This document shows positions 9,802 through 18,665 of a stretch of 64,000 nt of DNA, one piece after another (the first letter of the stretch is position 1; every line of letters begins with the position of its first letter). Source of the DNA: an uncultured Methanosarcinales archaeon (GTDB lineage Archaea; Nanobdellota; Nanobdellia; Woesearchaeales; BS150m-G63); assembly GCA_964630685.1 (NCBI GenBank), contig CAZVVW010000001.1:30236-94235 (forward strand), in the 5' to 3' direction. A program made the translations under genes and the position numbers. The notes under the pieces were generated by a model that was not told the DNA's origin, made no database searches, and saw only the letters and a program-made list of their open reading frames with translations.

Positions 9802-10396
9802 TTAATCTTCTAAATGTTTATTGCAATTAAACACTTTTACATTGTGTTTTCTATCATCACTAATTTCTAGAATAGTCATTGATGTATTTTTATGAATATA
9901 TTTTAGATAATTTTTTTCTGGCTCGTTATGTAGGGCCATTAATAAACATCTTACAGGTCCTCCATGAGTTACTATTAACACAGTTTTACCAATATGTTTA
10001 TCAATTAATTTATTATAGAATTTCATTGTTCTTTGTTGAACTTCTGACATTGACTCTCCACCCTCTGGTTTAAAATCATTGTAAGGCTTTTCTGTTTTCA
10101 TTATAGCTTTATGAAGAACATCTCCGGAGCCTCCCTCATAGATTCCTTTGTTTTGTTCTCTTAATTCTTCTGTTAGAATCAGTTTTGTTTCTGGGTGAAA
10201 TTTTAATATTGCTTCTGCTGTGTGTTTTGCTCTTGTTAGATCGCTAGAATAAGCAAACTTTTTCATCTTTTAATCTGTCTACTATTTTTTTTATCTGTTC
10301 TCTTCCTTCATCAGAAAGAGAAGTATCTAAATGGCCTTGAGTAATCTTTTTTTTATTTTCAGCTGTTTGCCCATGTCTAATAATTATTAATTTCAT
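9802..10396 (-). pseudogene. Histidine phosphatase superfamily (phosphoglycerate mutase/CobC-like) gene split by a frameshift in an A5 run (plus-strand T5 at 10259-10263)
   Basis: N-terminal piece MKLIIIRHGQTAENKK...GHLDTSLSDEGREQ (RHG catalytic motif) starts at 10396 and stops prematurely. The downstream piece from ATG 10266 continues FAYSSDLTRAKHTAEA...LIVTHGGPVR in another frame. Removing one A restores a ~197 aa phosphatase. Confidence 0.7.
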
Positions 10397-10526
10397 AAAT
10401 GAGTTAGAATCTAAGTTATTAATAAATTTTTTGGGTATATTTCGGAAGATATTTGGATAATAAGAGTTATATCACTGGACATTCTCGCGTAAACTTAATA
10501 AGAGTATAAATCATATTTAACTTAAA

Positions 10527-11375
10527 ATGAATAAAAATAATGCTTTGATTGTATTTCAAGGAAAAAAAGTTAGAAGAATATGGTTTAATGATGAATAGTG
10601 GTTTGTTATAAAAAGATATAGTTTTAGTACTTACAGATTCTAAAGATCCTTCTCAATATTTAAAGAGAATTAGAAGCAGAGACGATGCTTTGAATCAAGC
10701 TTTTAAAGAGGGGGGGTACAATTTGTACCCCCCCTTGGTTTGGAGTTTAAAACTTCTAGAGGGTATCAAATGCTCCAATGTTGGAATACTAAAGGAATAT
10801 TTAGATTAATCCAATCAATCCCTTCTAAACGCGCTGAACCTTTCAAACAATGGTTAGCAAAAGTAGGATACGAAAGAATAAAAGAAATTGAGAATCCTGA
10901 ATTAGCTCAGAAAAGAATGAAAGAAATTTATAAAGCAAAAGGGTATTCTGATAACTGGATTGAAAAAAGAGTTAGAGGAATAGCCATAAGGAATGAATTG
11001 ACAGATGAGTGGAAAAATAGGGGAGTTCAAAATCAAATTGCTTTTGATATACTTACCAATGAAATTACTAAAGCTACTTTTGGTAAGAATGTTGAGGAAT
11101 ATAAAAAATATAAAAGTCTAGATAAACAAAATTTAAGAGACCATATGGATGATATAGAACTAATTCTTACTATGTTGGGTGAAGCAACAACTACAAGGCT
11201 CACTCGTGAAAGAGACTCTAAAAAATTTCCTAAGTTAAAAAAAGATGCAAAAGATGGTGGAGACATCGCAGGTAATACAAGAAAAAATATAGAAAAAAAA
11301 TTAAAAAAGAAAGTAGTGTTAAAAGAAAATTATATCAAAACTTTTGAAAAGAAAAAGAAATTAGACAATCAATAA
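10527..11375 (+). pseudogene. DinD/Bro-N-type (DNA-damage-inducible protein D-like) gene disrupted by an in-frame TAG at a conserved Trp position plus two compensating frameshifts
   Basis: MNKNNALIVFQGKKVRRIWFNDE-TAG-WF | +1 at A5 (10610-10614) | KDIVLVLTDSKDPSQYLKRIRSRDDALNQAFKEGGYNLYPPLVWSLK | shift back near 10749-10752 | TSRGYQMLQCWNTKGIFRLIQSIPSKRAEPFKQWLAKVGYERI...NLRDHMDDIELILTMLGEATTT. The whole reading matches the DinD family from memory. Confidence 0.65.
10710..10734. repeat. Perfect hairpin palindrome GGGGGGGTACA-ATT-TGTACCCCCCC (11-bp arms, G7/C7) inside the disrupted DinD-like gene
   Basis: Read directly; G7/C7 runs are extreme for this AT-rich genome. Confidence 0.8.
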
Positions 11376-11376
11376 A

Positions 11377-12657
11377 TTATTTTCTTTTAAAATATCCCCA
11401 TTTATCAATTGCTTTAGCTAACTCTGGATGGGTTTTAGAATATTTTTTTATTGTTTTCTTTTTCATTACTGCTTCAACTGATTGTCTTATTGCTTTAGCT
11501 CCTGCTCTTGTGCCGTCTGGATGTCCGTGACATCCTCCACCATATTGCGCAATAATGTTTTTACCCATTATTTTCATCAGTGGTTCTGTGTGCCCTGGAT
11601 GTAATCCTCCACTACAGACAGCAAACACTGGTTTAATGTATCGCCAATCCTGTTCAAGAACGTGTTGTTTTGTTTTTTTATCAATGAATTTGTCCTCAAT
11701 TTCTTCTTCAATCATTCTCACTTCTCTTGCAGCGCCTTCCATTTTTCCAACTGCAGTTCCAATGTGAAGCTGATCCACACCAATTAGTCTGGCTATTTTG
11801 GCTATTGCAAGCATAGATATTCCGTGTTTATGATATCTGGTTATTGCTGCGTGTCCTGCTCTGTGTGCATGGATTACTAAACCTAAGTTTGCTTGTCTTA
11901 ATGTTTGAAGTACACTAAAACCAGCTGTTAAGATGTCAATCATCACATATTCTCCACCATGAGCTTTTACAAATTTAGCTCTTTTGAGCATTTCATTTGT
12001 TTCTGCTGTAATATTTGGCATATATATTTTTTTCTCTCCTGTTTCTATTTCAGCCATATCTCTTAGTTTGAGTGTTTGTTTGATTCTTTCGTAGAAATTA
12101 TTGAAACTCATAGAAGTTAGGTTTTCATCATCTTTAACAATATCTAATCCCCCCATCCAAGATTCATAAGCAACTTTTGCGTGTTGTTTTTCATGGAGAC
12201 CGAGTTTTGGTTTTACGATTGTGCCAACCAAAGGTCTTTCTTTTACTTTTAGAAGTTTTCTTATCCCTGCGATTCCGAATTTTGGACCTTTAAAGCTGTC
12301 AATAATATCTTTTGGAAAAGAAATATCTTGCAATCTTAGGTTTTTGATTAATTTCATCCCATAAATATTTCCAGCAATACTTGAAAGAATTTGGGGCATA
12401 TTCCCTTGTTCAAATAAATCTTGAGGGTATGCAATTTTGATTGTTTTGGTTGCTTTATTTATAGAGAAAACACTAGGTTTTAATTTTTCTGCTATCTCTT
12501 TATTCATTGTAGAAAGTTCTGTCCAAGTACCAATAGAACTTTCACCAGCTATGTTTTCTGCTGCTTTTTCTAGAGAAATTCGATTAGGCTCAACATAAAA
12601 TTCACAGACAAGATCTTTTTTGTTTGGGAGATATTTTAGGTTTATGTAGTTAAGCAA
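11377..12657 (-). CDS. rbcL: Ribulose-1,5-bisphosphate carboxylase/oxygenase large subunit, form III (archaeal type)
   Basis: GGLDIVKDDENL, HAHRAGHAA, GGGCHGHPDG and the N-terminal LNYINLKYLPNKKDLVCEFYVEP (cf. M. jannaschii MDYINLNYRP). The probable start is TTG at 12657; the ORF track's ATG at 12876 adds a low-complexity 73-aa extension overlapping the upstream gene. Confidence 0.85.
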   Translation of the reverse strand: MLNYINLKYLPNKKDLVCEFYVEPNRISLEKAAENIAGESSIGTWTELSTMNKEIAEKLKPSVFSINKATKTIKIAYPQDLFEQGNMPQILSSIAGNIYGMKLIKNLRLQDISFPKDIIDSFKGPKFGIAGIRKLLKVKERPLVGTIVKPKLGLHEKQHAKVAYESWMGGLDIVKDDENLTSMSFNNFYERIKQTLKLRDMAEIETGEKKIYMPNITAETNEMLKRAKFVKAHGGEYVMIDILTAGFSVLQTLRQANLGLVIHAHRAGHAAITRYHKHGISMLAIAKIARLIGVDQLHIGTAVGKMEGAAREVRMIEEEIEDKFIDKKTKQHVLEQDWRYIKPVFAVCSGGLHPGHTEPLMKIMGKNIIAQYGGGCHGHPDGTRAGAKAIRQSVEAVMKKKTIKKYSKTHPELAKAIDKWGYFKRK

Positions 12658-12682
12658 TTTTTCACCTCTGTTTTTGTTTTTA

Positions 12683-13627
12683 TTATCTATTTCCGTAATT
12701 AAAGATTTTTGATAAATCAGTTTTTTCTTTTTCTTCTTTTGTGAGTTTTGACTTGCTTTGTGTTTCTGCTGGTTGTGTTTCTGCTGGTTGTGTTTCTTGA
12801 GTTGGTTGTGGTGTTGTTTCTGTAGTAGGAGTTTCTTGTGGTGCTGGAGTAGATTCCATAGCAGGTTTTTCTGCAAGGGAATGTTCTTTTTCCATCAGAT
12901 CTTTTGTTAAATTAGGTTTAGATTCTTGTGCTTCTGGTTTTGATTCGTTCAAGTTCTCTTGTGTGTTTTGTGGAGAATCCTGGAGAGCTTGTTCCCTTTG
13001 TTCTTCCTCAATTGTTTTTATGAATGTTGGTTCTTCAGCTGCAGGAGGAATATCATCAATATTCATTGTTTCTCCTTCGCTAGGTTCTTCAGAATCTTGA
13101 ACTGGAATTTCTAGCTCAGAGGGAATAGCTAAATCATCTGATTGATGTTCTGAACCAATTGATTCTCTCCCGTCTAATTCTGGCGCTAATGATTCTTGAG
13201 GAATTTCTGATTGCTTTGACTCTTCTTGTTCTTCCCTGATTTCTATATTTGGCTCTTCTGTAGGTTCTTCTTGAGTGTTCATTATTTCACTTAAAGTTCC
13301 ATCTTCTTTTGTGATATCATATTCAGTAGAGCTTTTTTGAGAATCTAATGTTTCTTGAGCAGAATCTTGTTTAACTTCTAATTCAGCACTCTCTTTTTCA
13401 ACTTCTTTGAGTTCTTCAGAAACATCTTTTTGTGTTGTTTTAGTTTCATCAACTAAATTTTCTTTAACTTCCACACTTTCTTTAACTTCAACTTTTGGCT
13501 CTTCTTTTTTTGGTTTTATACCACCAATTATATTTTGAGCTTTTTCAACAGCATCTGCCATAGATGCAGCCAATCCTCTTGATTTTAATGTTTCCGCAAG
13601 TTCATTTATTTTTTCTTGGTCTGTCAT
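12683..13627 (-). CDS. Hypothetical acidic, low-complexity protein (E/Q/T/P-rich, PAETQ repeats) with a short structured N-terminal region
   Basis: ORF; compositionally biased. Confidence 0.35.
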   Translation of the reverse strand: MTDQEKINELAETLKSRGLAASMADAVEKAQNIIGGIKPKKEEPKVEVKESVEVKENLVDETKTTQKDVSEELKEVEKESAELEVKQDSAQETLDSQKSSTEYDITKEDGTLSEIMNTQEEPTEEPNIEIREEQEESKQSEIPQESLAPELDGRESIGSEHQSDDLAIPSELEIPVQDSEEPSEGETMNIDDIPPAAEEPTFIKTIEEEQREQALQDSPQNTQENLNESKPEAQESKPNLTKDLMEKEHSLAEKPAMESTPAPQETPTTETTPQPTQETQPAETQPAETQSKSKLTKEEKEKTDLSKIFNYGNR

Positions 13628-13659
13628 ATTTCTTCACCACCTATCTTAATTTTGGTTTA

Positions 13660-14163
13660 TTATTCTAATGTTGTTGTAAACTCATCCCCATGTGTATGGA
13701 ATAATCTTTTAGTGTTGCTCTTCTTTTTAAAGTTTACTACTTTTCCGATAAACATTATATGGTCTCCGGTTTCTATCTCCTTAATAATCTCACATTCAAG
13801 ATATGCACTTGCTTCTTTTATCCTAGAACAATCTATTGTTCTACATTCTTCTTTAGTTAATCCGGTTTCCCTAAATTTGTCTTTAAATTGACCTGAATTC
13901 CTGCCACAGTAGAACACTTCTTTCTCTTTTGAATAAGGCATGAAATTTACTACAAAAACTCCTGAACGCCTTATGAGTTCTAAAGAAAATCTATTCTTTC
14001 CAATAACAATTCCGTAAAGCATTGGTTTAAAACTTAGTGGAGTGTGCCAGTCTATGGTGATTATATTTTCTTTTTGTTCTATTCTACCAGAAGGTTTTTC
14101 GTGATCGTGTCCAGAGGTGATTAACACTGTTTGTCGTGGATTAGCTATTTCAGAGATTCTCAT
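13660..14163 (-). CDS. Flavin reductase-like FMN-binding protein (NADH:flavin oxidoreductase, DIM6/NTAB family)
   Basis: ~167 aa with ...DKF...GDHIMFIGKVV..., typical of flavin reductase-like domains. Confidence 0.55.
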   Translation of the reverse strand: MRISEIANPRQTVLITSGHDHEKPSGRIEQKENIITIDWHTPLSFKPMLYGIVIGKNRFSLELIRRSGVFVVNFMPYSKEKEVFYCGRNSGQFKDKFRETGLTKEECRTIDCSRIKEASAYLECEIIKEIETGDHIMFIGKVVNFKKKSNTKRLFHTHGDEFTTTLE

Positions 14164-14171
14164 TTTAAATT

Positions 14172-14957
14172 CTATGCTTTTTTATTTTCAAACCAAAAGG
14201 CAGAGATAAAAGTTAGTAAGTAGAGTAATGTTGTTGAAATATAGAAATTCATCCCCATCAATTGAGCAAATGGAAAGAGGTATGACGTGCTGAAAGGCAC
14301 ACTAATCACTTCAATTAAAATTATTGAAGTTGTGGAATAAAGAGCTATTTTTAGGATTTGTTTAAACTTAATAGGGTTAATTCTTAATCTAGCGATTATG
14401 AAACCGAGAAGTGTGAAAACTATTGCAATAAAGAGATATTTAATTGAGTATAAAATATAACTAGTAAGTAAAATTGAAGGCAAGGCTAGGATTATAAGAA
14501 AACTGAGGATATTAGATGTTTTTTCTTTGTTTTCTAATAAATTTTTGAAATCTGAAGTGTTTATTTTTTTGATTGAATTGTATGGTTTGTAATAAATATA
14601 ATCTTTTGTGATGAGTAGTTTTTCTTTACTCATATTTAATTGATTGTTTGTGTCAATAACTATTTGAGAGTCCTTTTCTGTAAACACTAAAGGAGAATTC
14701 ATTTCTGCTTCAATGTTTAATGTTAATTTATCAAAATGCGAAAATTGATTTTCTAAGTTTGATTTAATTGAGATTATTTTTGGCAGTGCTAAAATAGACA
14801 TTATAATAAAACAAATAAAAAGAATGAATAAGGTGTGTTTGAATGCTTTTGCTATTGGTTTATGTGTGAGTTTTTCAAATTCAGCAGGATTTGCTGAATT
14901 ATACACTCTTTTTAAGATTAAGAAAAGTAAATTGTTTTTTAGGTTTAATTTTTTCAT
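14172..14957 (-). CDS. Hypothetical polytopic membrane protein
   Basis: Multiple hydrophobic helices. Confidence 0.35.
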   Translation of the reverse strand: MKKLNLKNNLLFLILKRVYNSANPAEFEKLTHKPIAKAFKHTLFILFICFIIMSILALPKIISIKSNLENQFSHFDKLTLNIEAEMNSPLVFTEKDSQIVIDTNNQLNMSKEKLLITKDYIYYKPYNSIKKINTSDFKNLLENKEKTSNILSFLIILALPSILLTSYILYSIKYLFIAIVFTLLGFIIARLRINPIKFKQILKIALYSTTSIILIEVISVPFSTSYLFPFAQLMGMNFYISTTLLYLLTFISAFWFENKKA

Positions 14958-15006
14958 TCTCTTTTTTAATAATTAAATAGAGTTAGAATTAATAAAGATT
15001 TTGGTT

Positions 15007-15594
15007 TTAGGTTTTGTAAGCAATTATTATGATGTCTTTTTCTTCTTCAGTAATTTTTTTTACATTAAATTTATTTTTTATCAATTTGAGAATAGTTTCT
15101 CTTTTTTTGGATTTTTTTAGAAAGCTTAGAATCAATAGGTTTTTTGAAACTCTTTTAATATTATCTAATCCCTTTTCTATATGGTGGAAGTTTTGAATTG
15201 CTGTAATACTTGTAACGACATCAAAGCTGTTGTCTTTAAATGGGAGATTTTCTGCTTCTGCTAAAATGTATTTGCTTTTTTGCTTTTTTGCTTTATCTTT
15301 ATTTTTTGCTTTATCTTTGTTTTTTTCTTTATCCTTTGCTTTTTTTATTAGTTTGATTGCGGGGTCAATTCCTGTTTTATTGCAGTTTGTATATTCCCAG
15401 AATTGAGTTGTTAAACCAGTACCGCATCCGACATCGAGTAGAGTATCAGTTTGTTTAATCTTGATGCCTAACTTTTCAAGAAACGCTTTTATGAACTTAA
15501 GTTTTTTAGTCTGTTCTTCACCATGAAGCTCTTCATAACCTTCAGAAATTTGGTTGTAGTAATTGGGGCTTGGTGAAACCATATTAGTAATCAA
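15007..15594 (-). CDS. Class I SAM-dependent methyltransferase (Methyltransf_11-like) with a Lys-rich insertion
   Basis: LDVGCGTG motif I; acidic + hydrophobic motifs (ENLPFKDNSFDVV); overlaps cobO by 11 nt. Confidence 0.6.
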   Translation of the reverse strand: MITNMVSPSPNYYNQISEGYEELHGEEQTKKLKFIKAFLEKLGIKIKQTDTLLDVGCGTGLTTQFWEYTNCNKTGIDPAIKLIKKAKDKEKNKDKAKNKDKAKKQKSKYILAEAENLPFKDNSFDVVTSITAIQNFHHIEKGLDNIKRVSKNLLILSFLKKSKKRETILKLIKNKFNVKKITEEEKDIIIIAYKT

Positions 15595-16174
15595 TACCTT
15601 CTCTTGCTAAAATTTTTTTATTATAGGGATGCTTTACTTCCCCCATTTCTGTGACATAATCTGCAACATCTATCAATTCTTTTGGTGCCCCTCTTCCTGT
15701 GAGAATGAGTTCTGTGTTTTCTGATTTTATTTTCATTAGATTTAATATTTCTTCTGTGCTAATCAAACCTTTTGCTATTGCACAATTTATTTCATCAAGA
15801 ATAATTACATCATGGTCTCCACTTGTTGCAACTTTATGTGCATATTCAAATGCTCTTCTTACTGATTCTGCTTCTTCTTCATCTGGTAGAAATTTGTAGT
15901 GGCCATTATTATTCTTTTTTATGGATTCTTTTCCGAATTCATGAATGTGTGTTTGTTGGTCTGTTAAAGCATCTTTTCCAAATTGTGCAATTTTCATATT
16001 GGGAAGATGATTTTCAACAGCAAAGATTTCTCCTGTATCTCCACTTTTTAGAAATTGAATCATATAGATATTTAAATTATATCCTGCAGCTCTTAGCGCT
16101 ATACCTAAAGACATGGATGTTTTTCCTTTACCGTTTCCAGTATATATGTGCACCAATCCGAGTTTTTTTTTCAT
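15584..16174 (-). CDS. cobO: Cob(I)yrinic acid a,c-diamide / cob(I)alamin adenosyltransferase (CobA/CobO/BtuR family)
   Basis: IYTGNGKGKTSMSLGIALRAAG P-loop; C-terminal ...KHPYNKK...GIDY matches CobA (KHAFDAGVKAQIGIDY). Confidence 0.85.
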   Translation of the reverse strand: MKKKLGLVHIYTGNGKGKTSMSLGIALRAAGYNLNIYMIQFLKSGDTGEIFAVENHLPNMKIAQFGKDALTDQQTHIHEFGKESIKKNNNGHYKFLPDEEEAESVRRAFEYAHKVATSGDHDVIILDEINCAIAKGLISTEEILNLMKIKSENTELILTGRGAPKELIDVADYVTEMGEVKHPYNKKILAREGIDY

Positions 16175-16202
16175 TTTGGTAAGTTTAATCTGGCTTAGTT
16201 GT

Positions 16203-18437
16203 CTATCCGCTGCAAACAGAATAATTACAAGAAGAACATTTACAACAACCCTCTTGAAAGATTAATTTACCCTTACATTCAGGACAAACGTCTTTAGAGT
16301 TATTATTATTTTTTTGTGTTTCTTCATCTTCATCTTCATTTTCATCTTCATCTTTTTCATTATTTTTTTTTGCTTTTTCTTTTTCAATATTAATATTAAG
16401 ATTTAACACTTGCTGATCTTTACTTCCATCTCTATAAATTGTTACCCCCTTACATCCAAGTGTATAAGCGAGTAAATATACTTCTTCAACATCTTCCATT
16501 GTTGCTTCATTTGAAAAGTTAACTGTTTTAGATACTGCGTTGTCTGTATATTTTTGGAATACTGCCTGCATTTTTAGATGGTCTTCTGGATAAATATCAT
16601 GAGCTACCACAAAAGTCTTTTTTAATTTTTCTGGAATTTCATCAATATGTTGAATAGAACCTTGATTGACAATTTTTTCCATTAAACTTTTAGAAAAGAT
16701 CTTATGTTCTTCTAATGCTTTTTTGAAATTCTTATCAATATAGAATAATTCTTTTCCATCCATAACTCTTTTTACATAACTCAAAGCGAATAATGGCTCT
16801 ACTCCGCCAGAAGCATCAGCAATCATTCCAATTGTCCCTGTTGGAGCAATGGTCGTTCTTGTTGCATTCCTTATCTTAATGTGCTTTCCTTGGAAATATC
16901 TACTACTTTTATTGTAGATACTCTCATTCCAATTTGGAAATACACCTCTTTCTTTTGCTAATTCTATTGAAGCTTTATCTGATTCATCTTTTACAAATTT
17001 CATTACTTTTTCAGCTAATTCAACTCCTTCTTCACTATTGTAGGCTAAGTTTGATTGCATTAACATATCTGCCCAACCCATAACCCCTAATCCAATTTTT
17101 CTGTTCGAGTTAACCATTTTTGTAATTTCTGGTAAAGGATATTTGCTTCTATCAATTACATTATCTAGGAAGTGAATTGAAGTGTGAATTATTTTTTTTA
17201 ATTTTTTCCAATCAATTATACCTTCTCTGATAAAATTTCCAAGATTTATTGAACCTAAATTACATGCTTCATAAGGAAGTAATGGTTGCTCACCACAGGG
17301 ATTTGTACTTTCCATTTCCCCTATAGCTGGAGTAGGGTTGTCTTTATTTATTCTATCTAAAAATATAATTCCTGGATCTCCATTACGCCAAGCAGAACTG
17401 ACTAATAACTTAAATACTGTTTTTGCATTTAATTTTTGTACGCAACTACCATCTGCAGGATTTATTAAATCATAATCTTCATCTTTTTCAACTGCTTCCA
17501 TGAATTCTTCAGTTATTCCAACAGAAATATTAAAATTTGTTATTGCTTCATTTTTTTCTTTACAATTTATAAAAGTAAGAATATCAGGGTGATTTATTTT
17601 TAGAATCCCCATATTTGCTCCACGTCTCTTTCCACCTTGTTTAATTACTTCTGTTGCTGCATTATAGACTGTAAGAAATGAAACAGGCCCAGATGCAACT
17701 CCCTTTGTTGATTTTACTACAGAATTTTTTGCTCTTAATCTTGAAAATGAGAATCCAGTTCCGCCACCACTTTTATGGATTATTGCTGCATCTCTTAATG
17801 TGCCAAAAATACCTTCCATGCTATCTTCGATTGGTAGTACAAAACATGCAGCTAATTGTTGGATATCTGTACCTGCATTCATTAAAGTTGGTGAGTTTGG
17901 CAAAAAATCAAGGTTTGCCATCATATCATAAAATTCTTGTGTTATTTTTTTTAAGTCTGCTTTTTTGTTGTATTTTTTATCTGCTTTTGCTATATCTTTT
18001 GCTACCCTTTCAAATAAGTTTTCAGGATTTTCAATTAACTCACCTTTCATATTCTTTAATAAGTATCTTTCTTTAAGTACAGTGAGAGCATTTACAGTTA
18101 ATTTTTTAGAAGGACTAATTTTTCCAAGAACTGCTTTTTTTTCATCTCTTATAGATTTATGTTCATGTCTGTAAATAATATAAGCTTTTGCGGTTTTTAC
18201 ATGCCCTTTATTTATTAGTATGTTTTCTACCATGTCTTGGATAGATTCTACACATGGCACATCTCCATTAATTTTTTTTATTAATTCTAATTCAATTTCT
18301 TCTGCTAATTTTTTAGAAAGTGCTTTATTTGTTCCACCAACTGATTCTGCTGCTTTGAATATTGCGTTCGCTATCTTCCCTAGATCAAATGGAACTATAT
18401 TTCCATCTCTCTTTTTAATTTTAGAAATTTTTGTCAT
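16203..18437 (-). CDS. nrdJ: Class II (adenosylcobalamin-dependent) ribonucleotide reductase with N-terminal ATP-cone and C-terminal Cys4 zinc ribbon
   Basis: ATP-cone (KRDGNIVPFDLGKI), catalytic region with CGEQPLLPYEACNLGSINL, C-terminal CPECKGK...CCKCSSC. Confidence 0.85.
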   Translation of the reverse strand: MTKISKIKKRDGNIVPFDLGKIANAIFKAAESVGGTNKALSKKLAEEIELELIKKINGDVPCVESIQDMVENILINKGHVKTAKAYIIYRHEHKSIRDEKKAVLGKISPSKKLTVNALTVLKERYLLKNMKGELIENPENLFERVAKDIAKADKKYNKKADLKKITQEFYDMMANLDFLPNSPTLMNAGTDIQQLAACFVLPIEDSMEGIFGTLRDAAIIHKSGGGTGFSFSRLRAKNSVVKSTKGVASGPVSFLTVYNAATEVIKQGGKRRGANMGILKINHPDILTFINCKEKNEAITNFNISVGITEEFMEAVEKDEDYDLINPADGSCVQKLNAKTVFKLLVSSAWRNGDPGIIFLDRINKDNPTPAIGEMESTNPCGEQPLLPYEACNLGSINLGNFIREGIIDWKKLKKIIHTSIHFLDNVIDRSKYPLPEITKMVNSNRKIGLGVMGWADMLMQSNLAYNSEEGVELAEKVMKFVKDESDKASIELAKERGVFPNWNESIYNKSSRYFQGKHIKIRNATRTTIAPTGTIGMIADASGGVEPLFALSYVKRVMDGKELFYIDKNFKKALEEHKIFSKSLMEKIVNQGSIQHIDEIPEKLKKTFVVAHDIYPEDHLKMQAVFQKYTDNAVSKTVNFSNEATMEDVEEVYLLAYTLGCKGVTIYRDGSKDQQVLNLNINIEKEKAKKNNEKDEDENEDEDEETQKNNNNSKDVCPECKGKLIFQEGCCKCSSCNYSVCSG

Positions 18438-18512
18438 TTTTTATGCCTCTTTTTATCCCTTGTTTTTAGCTATATATTTAGCCATATATCTAGTTGGTTA
18501 GTTAATTCTACT

Positions 18513-18530
18513 TACCACCCAATTAAATGG
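18513..18530. promoter_or_regulatory. Near-perfect 18-bp palindrome CACCCAATT|AAATGGGTG (1 mismatch) ~80 bp upstream of nrdJ, between an AT-rich TATA-like region and the start codon; candidate operator
   Basis: Read directly; reminiscent of CAC...GTG NrdR-type boxes. Confidence 0.25.
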
Positions 18531-18665
18531 GTGTATAACTTATATATAAATATTTATGTATCTCTAATTTATGTTTTAGGTTATATATTTTTTTGTTAGG
18601 TATTTTAATTTTAAATAGATTGTATTTACAAAAGATATTTATACTTGTTTTAGTGTTTTTTTAGT

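Noticed and set aside
10596-10598. TAG as a reassigned sense codon (Trp or Pyl)
   Set aside because: It is a single occurrence within a gene that also carries two frameshifts; other genes stop with TAA/TGA and no other in-frame TAG is seen in conserved genes. More parsimoniously a nonsense mutation or error.
12658-12876. N-terminal 73-aa extension of the RuBisCO ORF (MQKNLLWNLLQHHKK…)
   Set aside because: Low-complexity, overlaps the upstream gene in another frame, and lies upstream of the family-conserved N-terminus; treated as artefact of the longest-ORF call.
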